From contig OZ024740.1 in the NCBI GenBank assembly GCA_964016885.1, positions 368,218,001-368,282,000 on the forward strand: a DNA stretch of 64,000 nt, given 5' to 3'. Below are positions 39,271 to 52,400 of the stretch, in pieces. The notes beneath the pieces are model-generated. The model did no database searches. It was not told where the DNA came from and saw nothing but the letters and a program-made list of their open reading frames with translations. The first letter of the stretch is position 1. Each line of letters begins with the position of its first letter. The DNA is from Eledone cirrhosa. Lineage: Eukaryota. A program made the translations under genes and the position numbers.

Positions 39271-40050
39271 GACGTAAAATAAGAAAATAAAAAAAAAATT
39301 AAAAAAATTAACTTACTTACTAAAATTTTCACTCCAACTAATTATTTTCTGTAAAGGGATAAAGACAGTTACGTAATATAACCGTCGAGAATTCATTACG
39401 TCATCAGGAAGTCTATTCTCAGCTAAGTCTCCAGGCAATGCGCGGACACTGGGGACCCATATAAAAATAATAATAATTCGGTAGATGGAACAGCTAGCGG
39501 GGACTGGATTCCATGCACTGAAAATCTCGCTGTCTCTGGTCAAATGGCAGATTCTAAAGAATCAATCACGTGACACTGAGGCTAGTCGGAAGGAGTGGGA
39601 TGGTAAGATGACAGAAGCCTACTACCACACCAGTGAATTAGTAGTGGTTTTGGCAGGTTTGCTCAACAAATAAATAATTTGGAGATAAATATAGAGAATT
39701 TTGTATATCTACTAACATATGCGTACAGATGTACACTAATGCTAGCAAATTCATAAGTTATGTCATAGTACCTAGGTGGTTCAATGCAGGAGGATGCAGA
39801 ACAATAATATCTCGACGGTTATATTACGTAACTGTCTTTATCCCTTTACAGAAACTAATTAGTTGGAGTGAAAATTTTAGTAAGTAAGTTAACTTTTTAA
39901 TTTTTTTTTTAATTTTCTTATTTTACGTCTTTCATATTATTGTTCTGCATCCTCCTGCATTGAACCACCTAGGTACTATGACATAACTTATGTATTTGCT
40001 AGCATTAGTGTACATCTGTACGCATATGTTAGTAGATATACTAAATTCTA
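39263..40050. repeat. Interlocked inverted repeats A'-X-B'-A-B, TA-flanked
   Basis: A' 39263-39390 / A 39810-39937; B' 39695-39810 / B 39934-40050. Confidence 0.9.
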
Positions 40051-40539
40051 TATATATATATATATGTATATATGTGGAGGGGGGGGGGGTGTTTATATGT
40101 GTGTGTGTATTTTTATTAAGGTGGTAACGTAACGTTTTGTAGATTGTGTGTGTGTGTATATGTGTACGTTTATATATATATGTTTATGTGTGTATATATG
40201 TATTAGCCTCAGAAACGGCTTGAGCTCTGTTTCTGGCCTCATACTTTTTCCTATATGTATATATATATATATATATGTATATGTACGTATATGTATGTAT
40301 ATATGTATGTGTGTGTATGTGTATATATATATGTAAGTGTATGTATATGCATTATTACATACAGAGTGATTTTATGGTTATTTTCATTGATTCTTTGCTC
40401 CAGGAACTTGTTGAGTGCTCTAAATCAGCTATAAACATTTATACCCTTATCTATTTATTTATTATTTGTTCTATTCCCAACTATTTGTTTACCCCTTTCA
40501 CCTTTTTATTTTTATATATATATAATATTTATGTATTTT

Positions 40540-40632
<93 letters not shown>

Positions 40633-40735
40633 CTATTTTAGAGTTAAACAAGGATCATTGAACACATCTAACAATGAGTTTTACACACATACATGTCGGT
40701 GTATGTATTTATATGTATGTGCGTGTATATGTATG

Positions 40736-40784
<49 letters not shown>

Positions 40785-41030
40785 TTGTATATATGTGTGT
40801 ATGTATGTGTATGTGTATGTGCATATGTATGTGTATGTATGTGTGTATGCATTTATTTATATGTATGTATGTGTAATTGTGAGTATTGCTTACCACGTGT
40901 GTTTGTTCATTTATTTGTTTCCTGAATCGCTGTCAACTTTATAATAATAATTTTTACATTTATTTTTATTCTTATGTGACGGCCTATATGGTCGCCTATT
41001 GTCTTTTATTTTTATTATTATATTTTTCAT

Positions 41031-41136
41031 ATCTCGCCGTGGTTAACTTTGCCTTTCATCCTTACGGGGTCGATAAAATAAAGTACCAGTAATGTACTGG
41101 CTATTTGCTGGCCTTGTGCCAATAGTAGAAACAATT
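41031..41136 (+). mobile_element. 5'-truncated SINE with TSD
   Basis: Core ggttaactttgcctttcatccttacggggtcg; attatattttt on both sides; absent from the paralogous arm near 32830. Confidence 0.85.
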
Positions 41137-41230
41137 ATTATATTTTTTCTTATAATTATTTGTGTGTGTGCGTATGTAGGTGTGTGTACATATATCTATA
41201 GTTGTGTGTGCGTATGTATGCGTGTATATA

Positions 41231-41819
41231 TTGCTGTAAAGCAATTATAGTAATACTGGACTGTAATACGATCGGCTTCAACTATACAAACTCTTGAAAG
41301 TCAACAGTTGACATAATCTGGTAATCTTGTATCAGTAATGACGGTAATATATATATATATATGTGTGTGTGTGCGTGTAAGTGAGTAGAGTAGCGTGTGT
41401 GTGTGTTTGTTGTGTGTGTGAGTGTTGCTGTGTGCACGCATATGTATGCGTGTGTGTGTATGTCGTACGTATAAGTGTCAATAAGTAATTGTTTTTTTTT
41501 TTTTTTTTTTTTTTTTGCGCGGGGACATAGAAATAATCGGGCTGGATGCCCGATCGCGCAGTTAAACCACTGGGAGTGAAGAACCCCTAGCCCATGTCAG
41601 GGTATTCTTCTAGGAGAAGGCATCTCAGGAAACTGGGTTAACTCCGATATAAAACCTGCGGCTCAGTAGTTACCGATGATGTTGATCTTTTCTTCTTTTC
41701 GGGTTATAGCTACTGTCGCTCAGAGAGTGGGATTGGTTCAGTGCACAGTCTTTCCTCACTTTAAAAATATTCGTCACGCACAGGCATTGCACGAGTGCAT
41801 TAATAATTATTAATAGTGT

Positions 41820-41857
<38 letters not shown>

Positions 41858-44800
41858 TATTATTACTTTTTTTTTTTTTCTCCCCTTTTTTTTTTTTTTT
41901 TTTTTTTTTTTCCAATTCAATGATGTTCCAGAACAATGTAAACGAGATAATTGCCAATTTGGGTTCTGGAACAAAAAAGATCATTGGCAATAAGGGCAGG
42001 GGCCCCAAGTTATCACAACCTGGGCCCGCCCGTCATCGTGCCATTGTAATAGAGCCAAACAGGGCATTTAGTCTTGGCTGCTGGAACGTACGGACGCTGC
42101 TTGACAGGGATTCTTCGGAGCGTCCTGAACGAAGGACCGCTCTTGTTGCGAAGGAGCTTCGACGTTACGATCTTGACATCGTGGCTTTGTCTGAGACGAG
42201 GTTAGCTGGAGATGGTCATCTTACGGAATTTTGTGGAGAATATACATTCTTCTGGAAGGAAGAGATGAAGGAACCAGAAGAGAGGCTGGGGTAGGATTTG
42301 CTGTTAAGACTGTACTGGTGAATAAATTGGAAGAATTCCCAGTGGGGATTAGTGAGCGTCTTATGTCCATGAGAGTTCCGCTGGACAAGGGAAGATATGC
42401 TACCCTGGTGAGTGTGTATGCTCCAACTATGAATTCTGTCGATGAAGAAAAACTGTCCTTTTACCATGCCTTGAAAGGTGTTTTAAGAAATATCCCTCAG
42501 GCAGACAAAGTCATCGTGCTTGGTGACTTTAATGCTAGAGTGGGTAGGGATTTTAACACATGGAATGTAATCGGAAGGCATGGGGTGGGAAAGTGTAACA
42601 GCAATGGTATGCTCTTGCTGCAGATGTGTGAGGAGCTGGATCTGTGTGTTACCAACACCATGTTCCAACAAAAGAACAAATTCAAGACCACATGGATGCA
42701 TCCTGCATCTAAGGAATGGCATCTTTTGGACTACGTCCTAGTCAGGATGCGTGACAGACAGGATGTGCGGTGTGTTCGTGTTCTTCGTGGAGCTGAGTGC
42801 TGGACGGACCACCGCCTGGTACGCGCAAAAGTGAATCTAATCACCAAACGTAAAATCCGGGCTCCTGGTGTTACCCTGCCCAAAAGATTGAATGCTGCTC
42901 GTCTTAAGGATAAAAATGTGAAGAGGACATTGGAAGAAGAGATGCAGGCTGCAGATCTTGGTGAGGATTGGCCGACCCTTAAAAAGTCGGTTTATGATGT
43001 AGGCAGACGTGTTCTGGGATTGGTGCAGAGAAAACATCAGGACTGGTTTAATGAGAAAGATGTGCATATAGATGACTTGTTGGCTGATAAGAGGCGCGCT
43101 CTGTCACGCTACTTGACGGCAAGACCACAGGAGAGGAATACGTTGCATGAGGAGCTCAGGGATGTAAAATCACGTGTTAGGCGGAGTCTTTCTCAGATGA
43201 AGGATCAGTGGTGGAGTGAGAAGGCTGGTGAGATACAAACTGCGTCTGATTGCAATAACACAAAGCTGTTGTACAGTCTCTTGCGTGAGGTTTATGGACC
43301 GTCTTCTTCTCTGGTGACACCGATTCGCAGCAAGGATGGCAAAGAACTTCTTCGTGACTCACATGGAATTCTACGAAGGTGGCGGGAGCACTTTGATGAT
43401 CTTTTGAATCAGCCCTCTGTCGTCAGTGAAGATTTCCTCAATCTCATTCCGGAAAGTCCTGTGAAAGTAGCTCTCGCAGAGCCTCCGACACTTGTGGAGG
43501 TTGCAGTGGCTATTTCGAAGCTGAACAGTGGAAGATCTCCAGGTATGGATGGCATACATGCTGAGCTCCTACAATATGGTGGTGAGAGACTCCTGCAACA
43601 TCTTCACTCTCTGTTTGGAAGGATATGGGCTAATGAATCCGTGCCTGAGGACTGGAGAGATGCGGTAATGGTGGTCTTGTACAAGGGAAAGGGTAACAGG
43701 AATGATTGTGGGAACTACAGAGGTATATCATTGCTTTCTGTCGTGGGGAAAGTTTTATGTAGGGTGCTTCTGGACCGTCTGCTGACACACATTGCAGATT
43801 GTGTCCTTCCTGAAAGTCAATCTGGTTTTCGTGTTGGACGCGGCACTACTGATATGATCTTCTCAGCTAGACAGCTCCAGGAGAAGTGCATTGAACAGGG
43901 CTTGGATCTGTATCAGGTTTTTGTCGATCTGACAAAGGCTTTCGATACTGTCAACAGAGATGCATTATGGAAGGTTCTCCAGAAACTTGGTTGCCCTGAT
44001 AAGTTCCTTGCTTTAGTTAGGTCTTTCCATGACGACATGAGGGCTTGGGTTAATGTCGGAGGTAACATGTCGGAGCCTATCTCAGTAAAAAATGGAGTGA
44101 AACAGGGGGATATTCCAGCACCGACCCTGTTTGCCATATACTTTGCAATGGTTTTCTGTATTGCATTCAGGAATTGCGAGCATGGTGTTTACATCCGATA
44201 TCGAACCTCAGGCAGCATATTTAACATCAGGCGCTTTGCTGCGAAGACAAAAGTATTTACATCAGTCATAAGAGACCTCTTGTATGCAGATGATTGCTAT
44301 CTTGTAGCGCACACAGAGAGTGATATGCAGCACATTTTGAATGTATTTTCTGACGCTTGCACTGCCCTGGGTTTGACTGTCAGTCTCAAGAAAACCGTCG
44401 TCATGTACCAACCTGCACCTGGTAGGCAGTACACTGAACCAAACATCTATGTGTATGGCAAACGACTTGGAGTGGTTGATCAGTTTGTCTACCTGGGAAG
44501 CACTGTCAATCGATACGGCAACCTTGACAGTGAAATCTCACTTAGGATTAGGAAAGCAAGTGATGCTTTCGGAAAGCTAGAAAGGCGACTCTGGGGTCGG
44601 CGAGACATATGCAGGAGGACAAAGGTAAGGGTGTACAGGGCATGTGTACTCTCTTGTCTTCTTTATGCCTGCGAGACCTGGGTCACATATCGACGCCACC
44701 TTAAGCAATTGGAGCGTTTCCATCAGATGTGTCTCAGACGGATACATGGCGTTCGCTGGAGGGACCACATCAGTGATGTCGAGATTTTGGAAAGCTCTAT

Positions 44801-45472
44801 GTGTGACAGTATAGAAGCTCTTGTGCTTAAGCAGCGACTCCGTTGGAGTGGTCACCTTGCCAGGATGAAGGATTCTAGAATACCAAAACAACTCTTCTAT
44901 GGAGAGTTGGTTAAAGGAAAACGACCGCCACATAAACCAAAAAAGAGGTATAAGGATTCCTTGAAGGCCTCTCTGAAAGACGCTAACATCTCTGCTGATA
45001 CATGGGAAAATATTGCTGCTGATCGTAATAAATGGAGAAAGACTGTATATGAGGGAAAAGTTGCCTTTGAGGCATCTCGAATCGCACACGAGAAAGTAAA
45101 GCGGGACGTGAGGAAGGGTATTGCTGTTGCACTTCCAGACGGCGAGGGTCCTCCTATGTTTCTGACATGCAGCGTCTGTGCGAGACTCTGCCTAAGCAAA
45201 GCTGGACTCGAAAGTCATCTTCGCAGTCATAAAGTAAGACCAGTGGTTGACTACCAGGCTGCTGTTGGAGATGCTACTCATCATGCTTGCCAAACATGTG
45301 GTAGAGAATGTAAATCAGCAGGAGGACTCAAGCGACATGCAAAAGTACACGAACTCCAACCACAGCCGACTATTCCCAGTAAATGTTTTGGTTGCCGACT
45401 CTGTGCAAGACATTTTGGATCATTGGCTGGGCTAAAAAGCCACATTCGATCGCAGCACTGTTAGTTGCTATC

Positions 45473-45510
<38 letters not shown>

Positions 45511-45589
45511 GCTTATGTGCGTGCGTGTGTGTGTATATATATATGAATATGTATATTATTATTGTTGTTGTCGTTATTATTATTATTGC

Positions 45590-45647
<58 letters not shown>

Positions 45648-45720
45648 TTTTTTTTTTTTTTTTTTTTATTGTGCAATGGCCATACTCGATAACGAGGGGG
45701 CAGCCATCATGTATGTATGT
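41231..45720 (+). mobile_element. RTE-clade LINE, copy B, apparently full length
   Basis: 5' UTR, single ORF, 3' UTR ending ggccatactcgataacgagggggcagccatc(atgt)n; interrupts the right arm of the inverted duplication. Confidence 0.95.
41920..45464 (+). CDS. RTE polyprotein: APE endonuclease, reverse transcriptase, three C2H2 zinc fingers; one -1 frameshift near 42256
   Basis: ORFs 41920-42294 and 42231-45464 join if tggaagga is restored to tggaaagga as in copy A; YADD, QGD and DLTKAFD motifs intact. Confidence 0.9.
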
Positions 45721-45721
45721 C

Positions 45722-46945
45722 AGGTCACCAGTTGGCGCTACTGGTAACATGTATCCCAGTACAACCTGTCTCTTGGTCGGGTCGTTGGCGACTACACTGG
45801 CAACCCCACCAAGGTTTCTTGGTGAGGAGGGTGACTTTGGACATCCTGCAGGACTAGAAACAAAACCTGTCAAAGGGCAAAGGAGCTCTTAAGAATCAAT
45901 GGCCATCTAAAATCAGCGGGATAGATGACCCCTTAGCCTTTGTCAAGGCAGAATTCTAGGAGAAGGAAAACTCTGATATAAAACCTGCAACCCTGATGGC
46001 ATCCAATGATGTTGACTTGTTCTTCTTTTTGGTAAATATCATCTTGGTTAAGAGAGTGGGACTGGCTTTGTGCAGTGCTTTTGCTCACTATAAAAGCTTC
46101 ACAGCACAGGCATTGCTTTATATCTGGAGATCTCTCTGCACTTGTCGTCACATGGTACCATGGGCCCAGCAGTATTTGTCAGTAATTGTCACAAGTGTAG
46201 TGTTTGTACCAGAGTTTTCAAGTCGCTGGCTGGACTAAAAAGTCACACTCGTTGAGCGCATCGGTAGGGGTTCTCCTACATGGATATAAAGTAGTGGCCT
46301 TACTCGAAAACGAGTTGGCAGCCACCATGTATGTATGTATGTATGTATGTATGTATGTATGTATGTATGTATGTATGTATGTATGTATGTCAGCTCGTTG
46401 GCGACTAAACTGGCAACCTCACCAAGGTTTCTTGGTGAGGAGGGTGACTTTGGACATCCTGCAGGAAATAAAACAATACTTCTCAAGGGGCAAAGGAGCT
46501 CTTAAGAGTCAATGGACATCGAAAATCACCGGGAGAGATGACCCCTTAGCCTTTGTCAAGACAGAATTCTAGGAGAAGGAAAACTCTGATATAACACCTG
46601 CAACTCTGGTGGTATCCAATCATGTTGACTTGTTCTTCTTTTTGGTAAATATCATCTTGTTTAAGAGAGTGGGACTGGCTTTGTGCAGTGCCTTTGCTCA
46701 CTATAAAAGCTTCAGGGCACATGCATTGCTTTATATCTAGAGATCTCTCTGCACTTGTCGTCACATGGTACCATGGGCCCAGCACTATGTGTCAATAATT
46801 GTCACAAGTGTAGTGTTTGTACCAGAGTTTTCAAGTCGCTGGATGGACTAAAAAGTCTCACTCGTACAGCGCATCGGTAGGGGTTCTCCTACATGGATAT
46901 AAAGTAGTGGCCTTACTCGAATACGAGTTGGCAGCCACCATGTAT
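45722..46945 (+). mobile_element. Tandem pair (period about 613 bp) of a non-autonomous bipartite RTE derivative (5' UTR + 3' tail)
   Basis: Each unit has the RTE-like 5' UTR block ttctaggagaagg..gatataa.acctgc..agagagtggga..ctcact and the tail ggccttactcgaa.acgagttggcagccacc(atgt)n; no ORF. Confidence 0.85.
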
Positions 46946-47174
46946 GTGTGTGTATGTACGTGTGTATATATGTATGAGTATGTGTGTATATATATATAGT
47001 TATACATATATATACATGTGTGTGTGTGTGTATTAGTGCATTTGTGTGTATGTGTGTGTTTGTGCGCGCATGTGTGTTTATTTTTTCCTTTCGTTCTTCC
47101 TTTTCCAGCCTCACTTTCATATAGATTATATTTTTGTTTTTAAAATCCAATGTCAATAAATACTCCAGGAATTT

Positions 47175-47235
47175 TTTCCTTCTGATGATTGAAAGCAAAT
47201 TTTGTTTGCATTCAAGTAACCACTGGTAAATGAAA
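47175..47235 (+). ncRNA. Type I hammerhead, mirror of 32297-32357, GAAA mutated to GTAA
   Basis: tttcctt-CTGATGA-ttgaaagcaaa..tttgcattcaa-gtaa-ccactgg-TA-aatgaaa. Confidence 0.7.
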
Positions 47236-47264
47236 TAATTACCTTATGTTGTTTATTACATAAC

Positions 47265-48489
<1,225 letters not shown>

Positions 48490-49346
48490 GCGTGTGTGTG
48501 TGTGTACGTATGTGTGTGCATATATGTATATATATATATATATTCATACATACGACAAACCTGAAATACTTCACTCTATCGTTTACAGACATATATAAGT
48601 GCATGCATGCATACAAACAAATTAACATACATTTATGTATACCTAGTTTATTGAAAAACGTGGCTCAATCGGAAAAAAATATGTTGCTTTTGGAAGTCTA
48701 TGAATTTATATTCGTTTTTGTACTATAGAAAAATATGAAACACTTTTTCCGATATATCTAGAGACTTCAACTATATACACATTAATCCTGTTTTTAAAAA
48801 TCAATATAATTCTAACAAAATCTTTACGTAATTATATGCATTTTTAAAAGAATACTGTCTAGAGTTAAAAACTTAGGAAGTTTAAAACTATTTTTTACAA
48901 ATCTTTCGTTTGCGACACTATAAGGCAGGAACGTTTTCTGAGTCTGTTATTAATATTAATTAAAACATTTTCAACAACTGGATTATGGAAATTAATCAAT
49001 AACTCAAGGATTTCTTAAAATTTCAGATTTACGTCATTGTCATTGCGTACGAGGAAGACCGTTACCCACGGTTCATCGAGGAGTAAGCCACTATTTACTG
49101 CTCAACTACACGGAAACCGCAGCAAAAGCAATGCGAAATCACACCCTACGAAATATCAAATGAAAGCTTTCCAACTAAAATTAAAAATACAAATAAAAAT
49201 AAAACATTTTGTCATGGAACTTTTAAACAAACGGGGGAGGGGTGAATGGTCGGAATGGCAACAACATAGATCCGATCAAAAATATATGTTCGTACACAAA
49301 CATATATTAGTGTGTAAAATTTAATACATTAAATAATAACACCTAC

Positions 49347-49497
49347 CTATGTTTTCTGAATTTAATATTAAATGCCAGGAACATGCAGGCCATAACTATC
49401 CCCAGGGCTGCCAATGAGGAAAATATTCCATAAGCAATAATGGAAACCCTCTGCATTTGCTCAATCCGTAAATAACCATCTAAAGGTGGCTTTTCAC
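49347..49497 (-). CDS. GABBR2: Internal exon of a GABA-B receptor (class C GPCR), subunit-2-like: stalk + TM1
   Basis: GEKPPLDGYLRIEQMQRVSIIAYGIFSSLAALGIVMACMFLAFNIKFRKHR resembles GABA-B G..PP.D..TM1..FNIK.R; acceptor ttcctacag|GT and donor AG|gtaggt; 151 bp. Subunit assignment is tentative. Confidence 0.8.
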
Positions 49498-52400
49498 CTG
49501 TAGGAATAGAAATAATGTGTGATTTCATTATGCAGATGCACATTAAACACAAGATCATACAAATACCAAAGCATGCATAAATGTAGAAACGCACAAATTT
49601 GTACATAAATGAAAATTCAATAGTACTTTATAATACACGATTTGAAGACATAAATTAACATTCGTACGACAAGGAAATAATCATTATATTTCATTACAAG
49701 GTGCTTCATGAAGATTAATAAATAATATTGAACCTTGAATTGGCTTGTACGACGCACCGAGTCGTAGATAAAATAGATATAGACAGGTAAAACCAAAGAA
49801 TATTCATTGATGTATAGTAATCAGCAATACAAGGAACATACATTTAAATACTGAAACATATCACAATAATTGCGCAAAAATGATAAATATCACTTTTAAA
49901 AATTCAACAAACAATATTTGATTCTTAAGCTAAATAAATTATTATACATACTGATGTTATCTAAATGATATGTATGCAAAGATATAGCAAGCTGGAAAAA
50001 TAATTAATGTAATTTATATTCAGTTTAATATATGCTGCTGCTGCTTCTTCTTCTTCTTCTTCTTCTTCTTCGTTCTTCTTCTTCCTCCACGTCCTACCCC
50101 ATCCGCCTCCCCCATCATCCTCCTCCTTCTCCTCCTCCCTGATATGCTTGCCATTATTCTTCATAGAAATATAGCCCTAGCTGCCATTGTCGGTATTTTA
50201 CTAGCTGATCTTTGAATTCCTGCCAACTACTTAACCGTTGCCTCTCGGCTTCCCCTTTTTTCTTTCCTTCTCCTTTTCGCTCTTCCAAATTTTGCTATTT
50301 ATACTTTCATCAAAAACATTCTATACCAATCCCAATAACAATTGTTTACAACTCTTTACAATTCATCGCTTCTGTAATATTGAAATTTACTATTCATCTA
50401 CTCCTCACACTCGTCATAAACCCAATAAAGTATATGGAACGAACGTTGGACATATGTCAACAGTTTGGATGGAACCACTAAGGATTGTTGTAGAGTGAAA
50501 GTGAGTATGCCAGGCCTAACAGTTGGCTAAAGGGCAAAGCATATATAAAGTTAATATTAATTAAATTCATAATTAATAAAATTTAGTTATTAGTTATTCT
50601 AATGCACTGGAACGGCACCTCAATGTGATAATTTACCAATATTATCTTTCATAATGATACCCCCCCCCCTCCCAAAAAAAAAACAACCACTACCACCAAT
50701 AAAAAAAAAATCGTTATGTTCGGTTAGTACTGTGTATATTTAACAAGACTGAAAATATTTAGGTTAGCTTAAGGAAGAATGGAAACTGAATATAATAGAG
50801 TAGATATGCAAAGACCCACATAAGTGTAATTAGAGTGTGTAACTAATGAAGAAAAACCAAATTCCTTATACCTAAGTATGTTTGTATTTTTCTTCTATTT
50901 AGTTTGTAAATAGGAAAGAGATACAGCTGAGGTCTACCAACGCGGGTCGTTATATATACCTACATATAATGTTTATTTATTTAATCGATTTATAGGTCCG
51001 TATAGAGCTATTAAGTCATAGGGTACTAAGGGAAGGATCCAGTACTTCTTAAAGTTGATAAAGAAAAAACAATGTGTACAGCGATGAGTGAATATGGAAT
51101 AAAAATATGTACGCAGCTCGCGAATATTTGAAGTATTTTTATCAATACTTTATACGAGGCATATTTCCTAGTCTGTCCGCCCTCGGAAACATACACAAAG
51201 GAAGAGCATAATCAAGTATCGGACGACACTTTAACTACATACTGACTGACATGTTAGATTTCCTGAATATAACCCGAGAAAAAAGTATATCGATTTAATA
51301 CGAACTAAATTTAACATATCGATATTCGAGAAGCTAATTAAATAATTGGAAAACAAAATTTTCCAATGAATCTGAAAGATTGTAAATGGGATAGGACCAT
51401 TTATATCTTGTTCGATAAATATAAATACTTGCCTTCAAATATCTGTGATATATTTTTGAAAAATATTGTAATTTAATCATGTGTTCGATATATTTTTTTA
51501 AAAGCTTTCAGATTGGAGGTCTGAAATAACTAAAATGTAAGGCACGTTGTAATAAAAATAGCTATTTTAATATAAGGAATTCTTCAAGCACATTTTTTGT
51601 AAATAAATGTGAAATTAATCCTTATAAATAGAGATGTATATTATATCTAATATACACACATTCTAAGAGGGATGTATAGAAATAAAACGTTTGGAAATAT
51701 AGCACTCTCATATAATTCAATTATTTTTTCCGTTTTTGGCATCTTCCTAATAGTATTCTCAATTAATCCTCTATTATCGTATAACCAAAGAGAGGACAGT
51801 TAAATACAAATGGGAATGAACCCGAATATTTCTTTACATCAACTGTACTCTGTTATTTTAACAACTAATCCCTGATCAAGCGATATATATTCTACTCTGT
51901 AATACACCAGCTGTGTTTTACTTTCCTCGAAATATATACAAAGGGTATATATATATTCTGTATTGGCTCATCCGATGAATCACTTGAATAATTTCCTTTT
52001 GTTTCGATTATTTGAAACTTTCGAGAACATATCACCTCTCTAGAATCGTTGATATTTGTTTTGACACTTATATGTGGCGCAATATATACCGCTGCATTAA
52101 TAACGTTTCTGATATAAAATATAACCACAGGCTCTCGCACAGAAGAAAACGTATATCAGTGGAACACAAAACCACTAGCAAACGTAACAATCCATTACAT
52201 TTTATATATATGTTATGCAACAAATATGTTCTTTCTTGCTTTCCCACAATGACTTGCGATACAAGTGTCTGAGGGTGGGTATGTTTGTGTGTGTGTATAT
52301 ATATATATATATAAGTAAAAAACATCAGGAGAAAAGTGGGAAGGAAAAGAGTTCCGAGGGTGTGAGGAGGAGTGGAGGAAGGACATAAAAAGAGGAGGGG

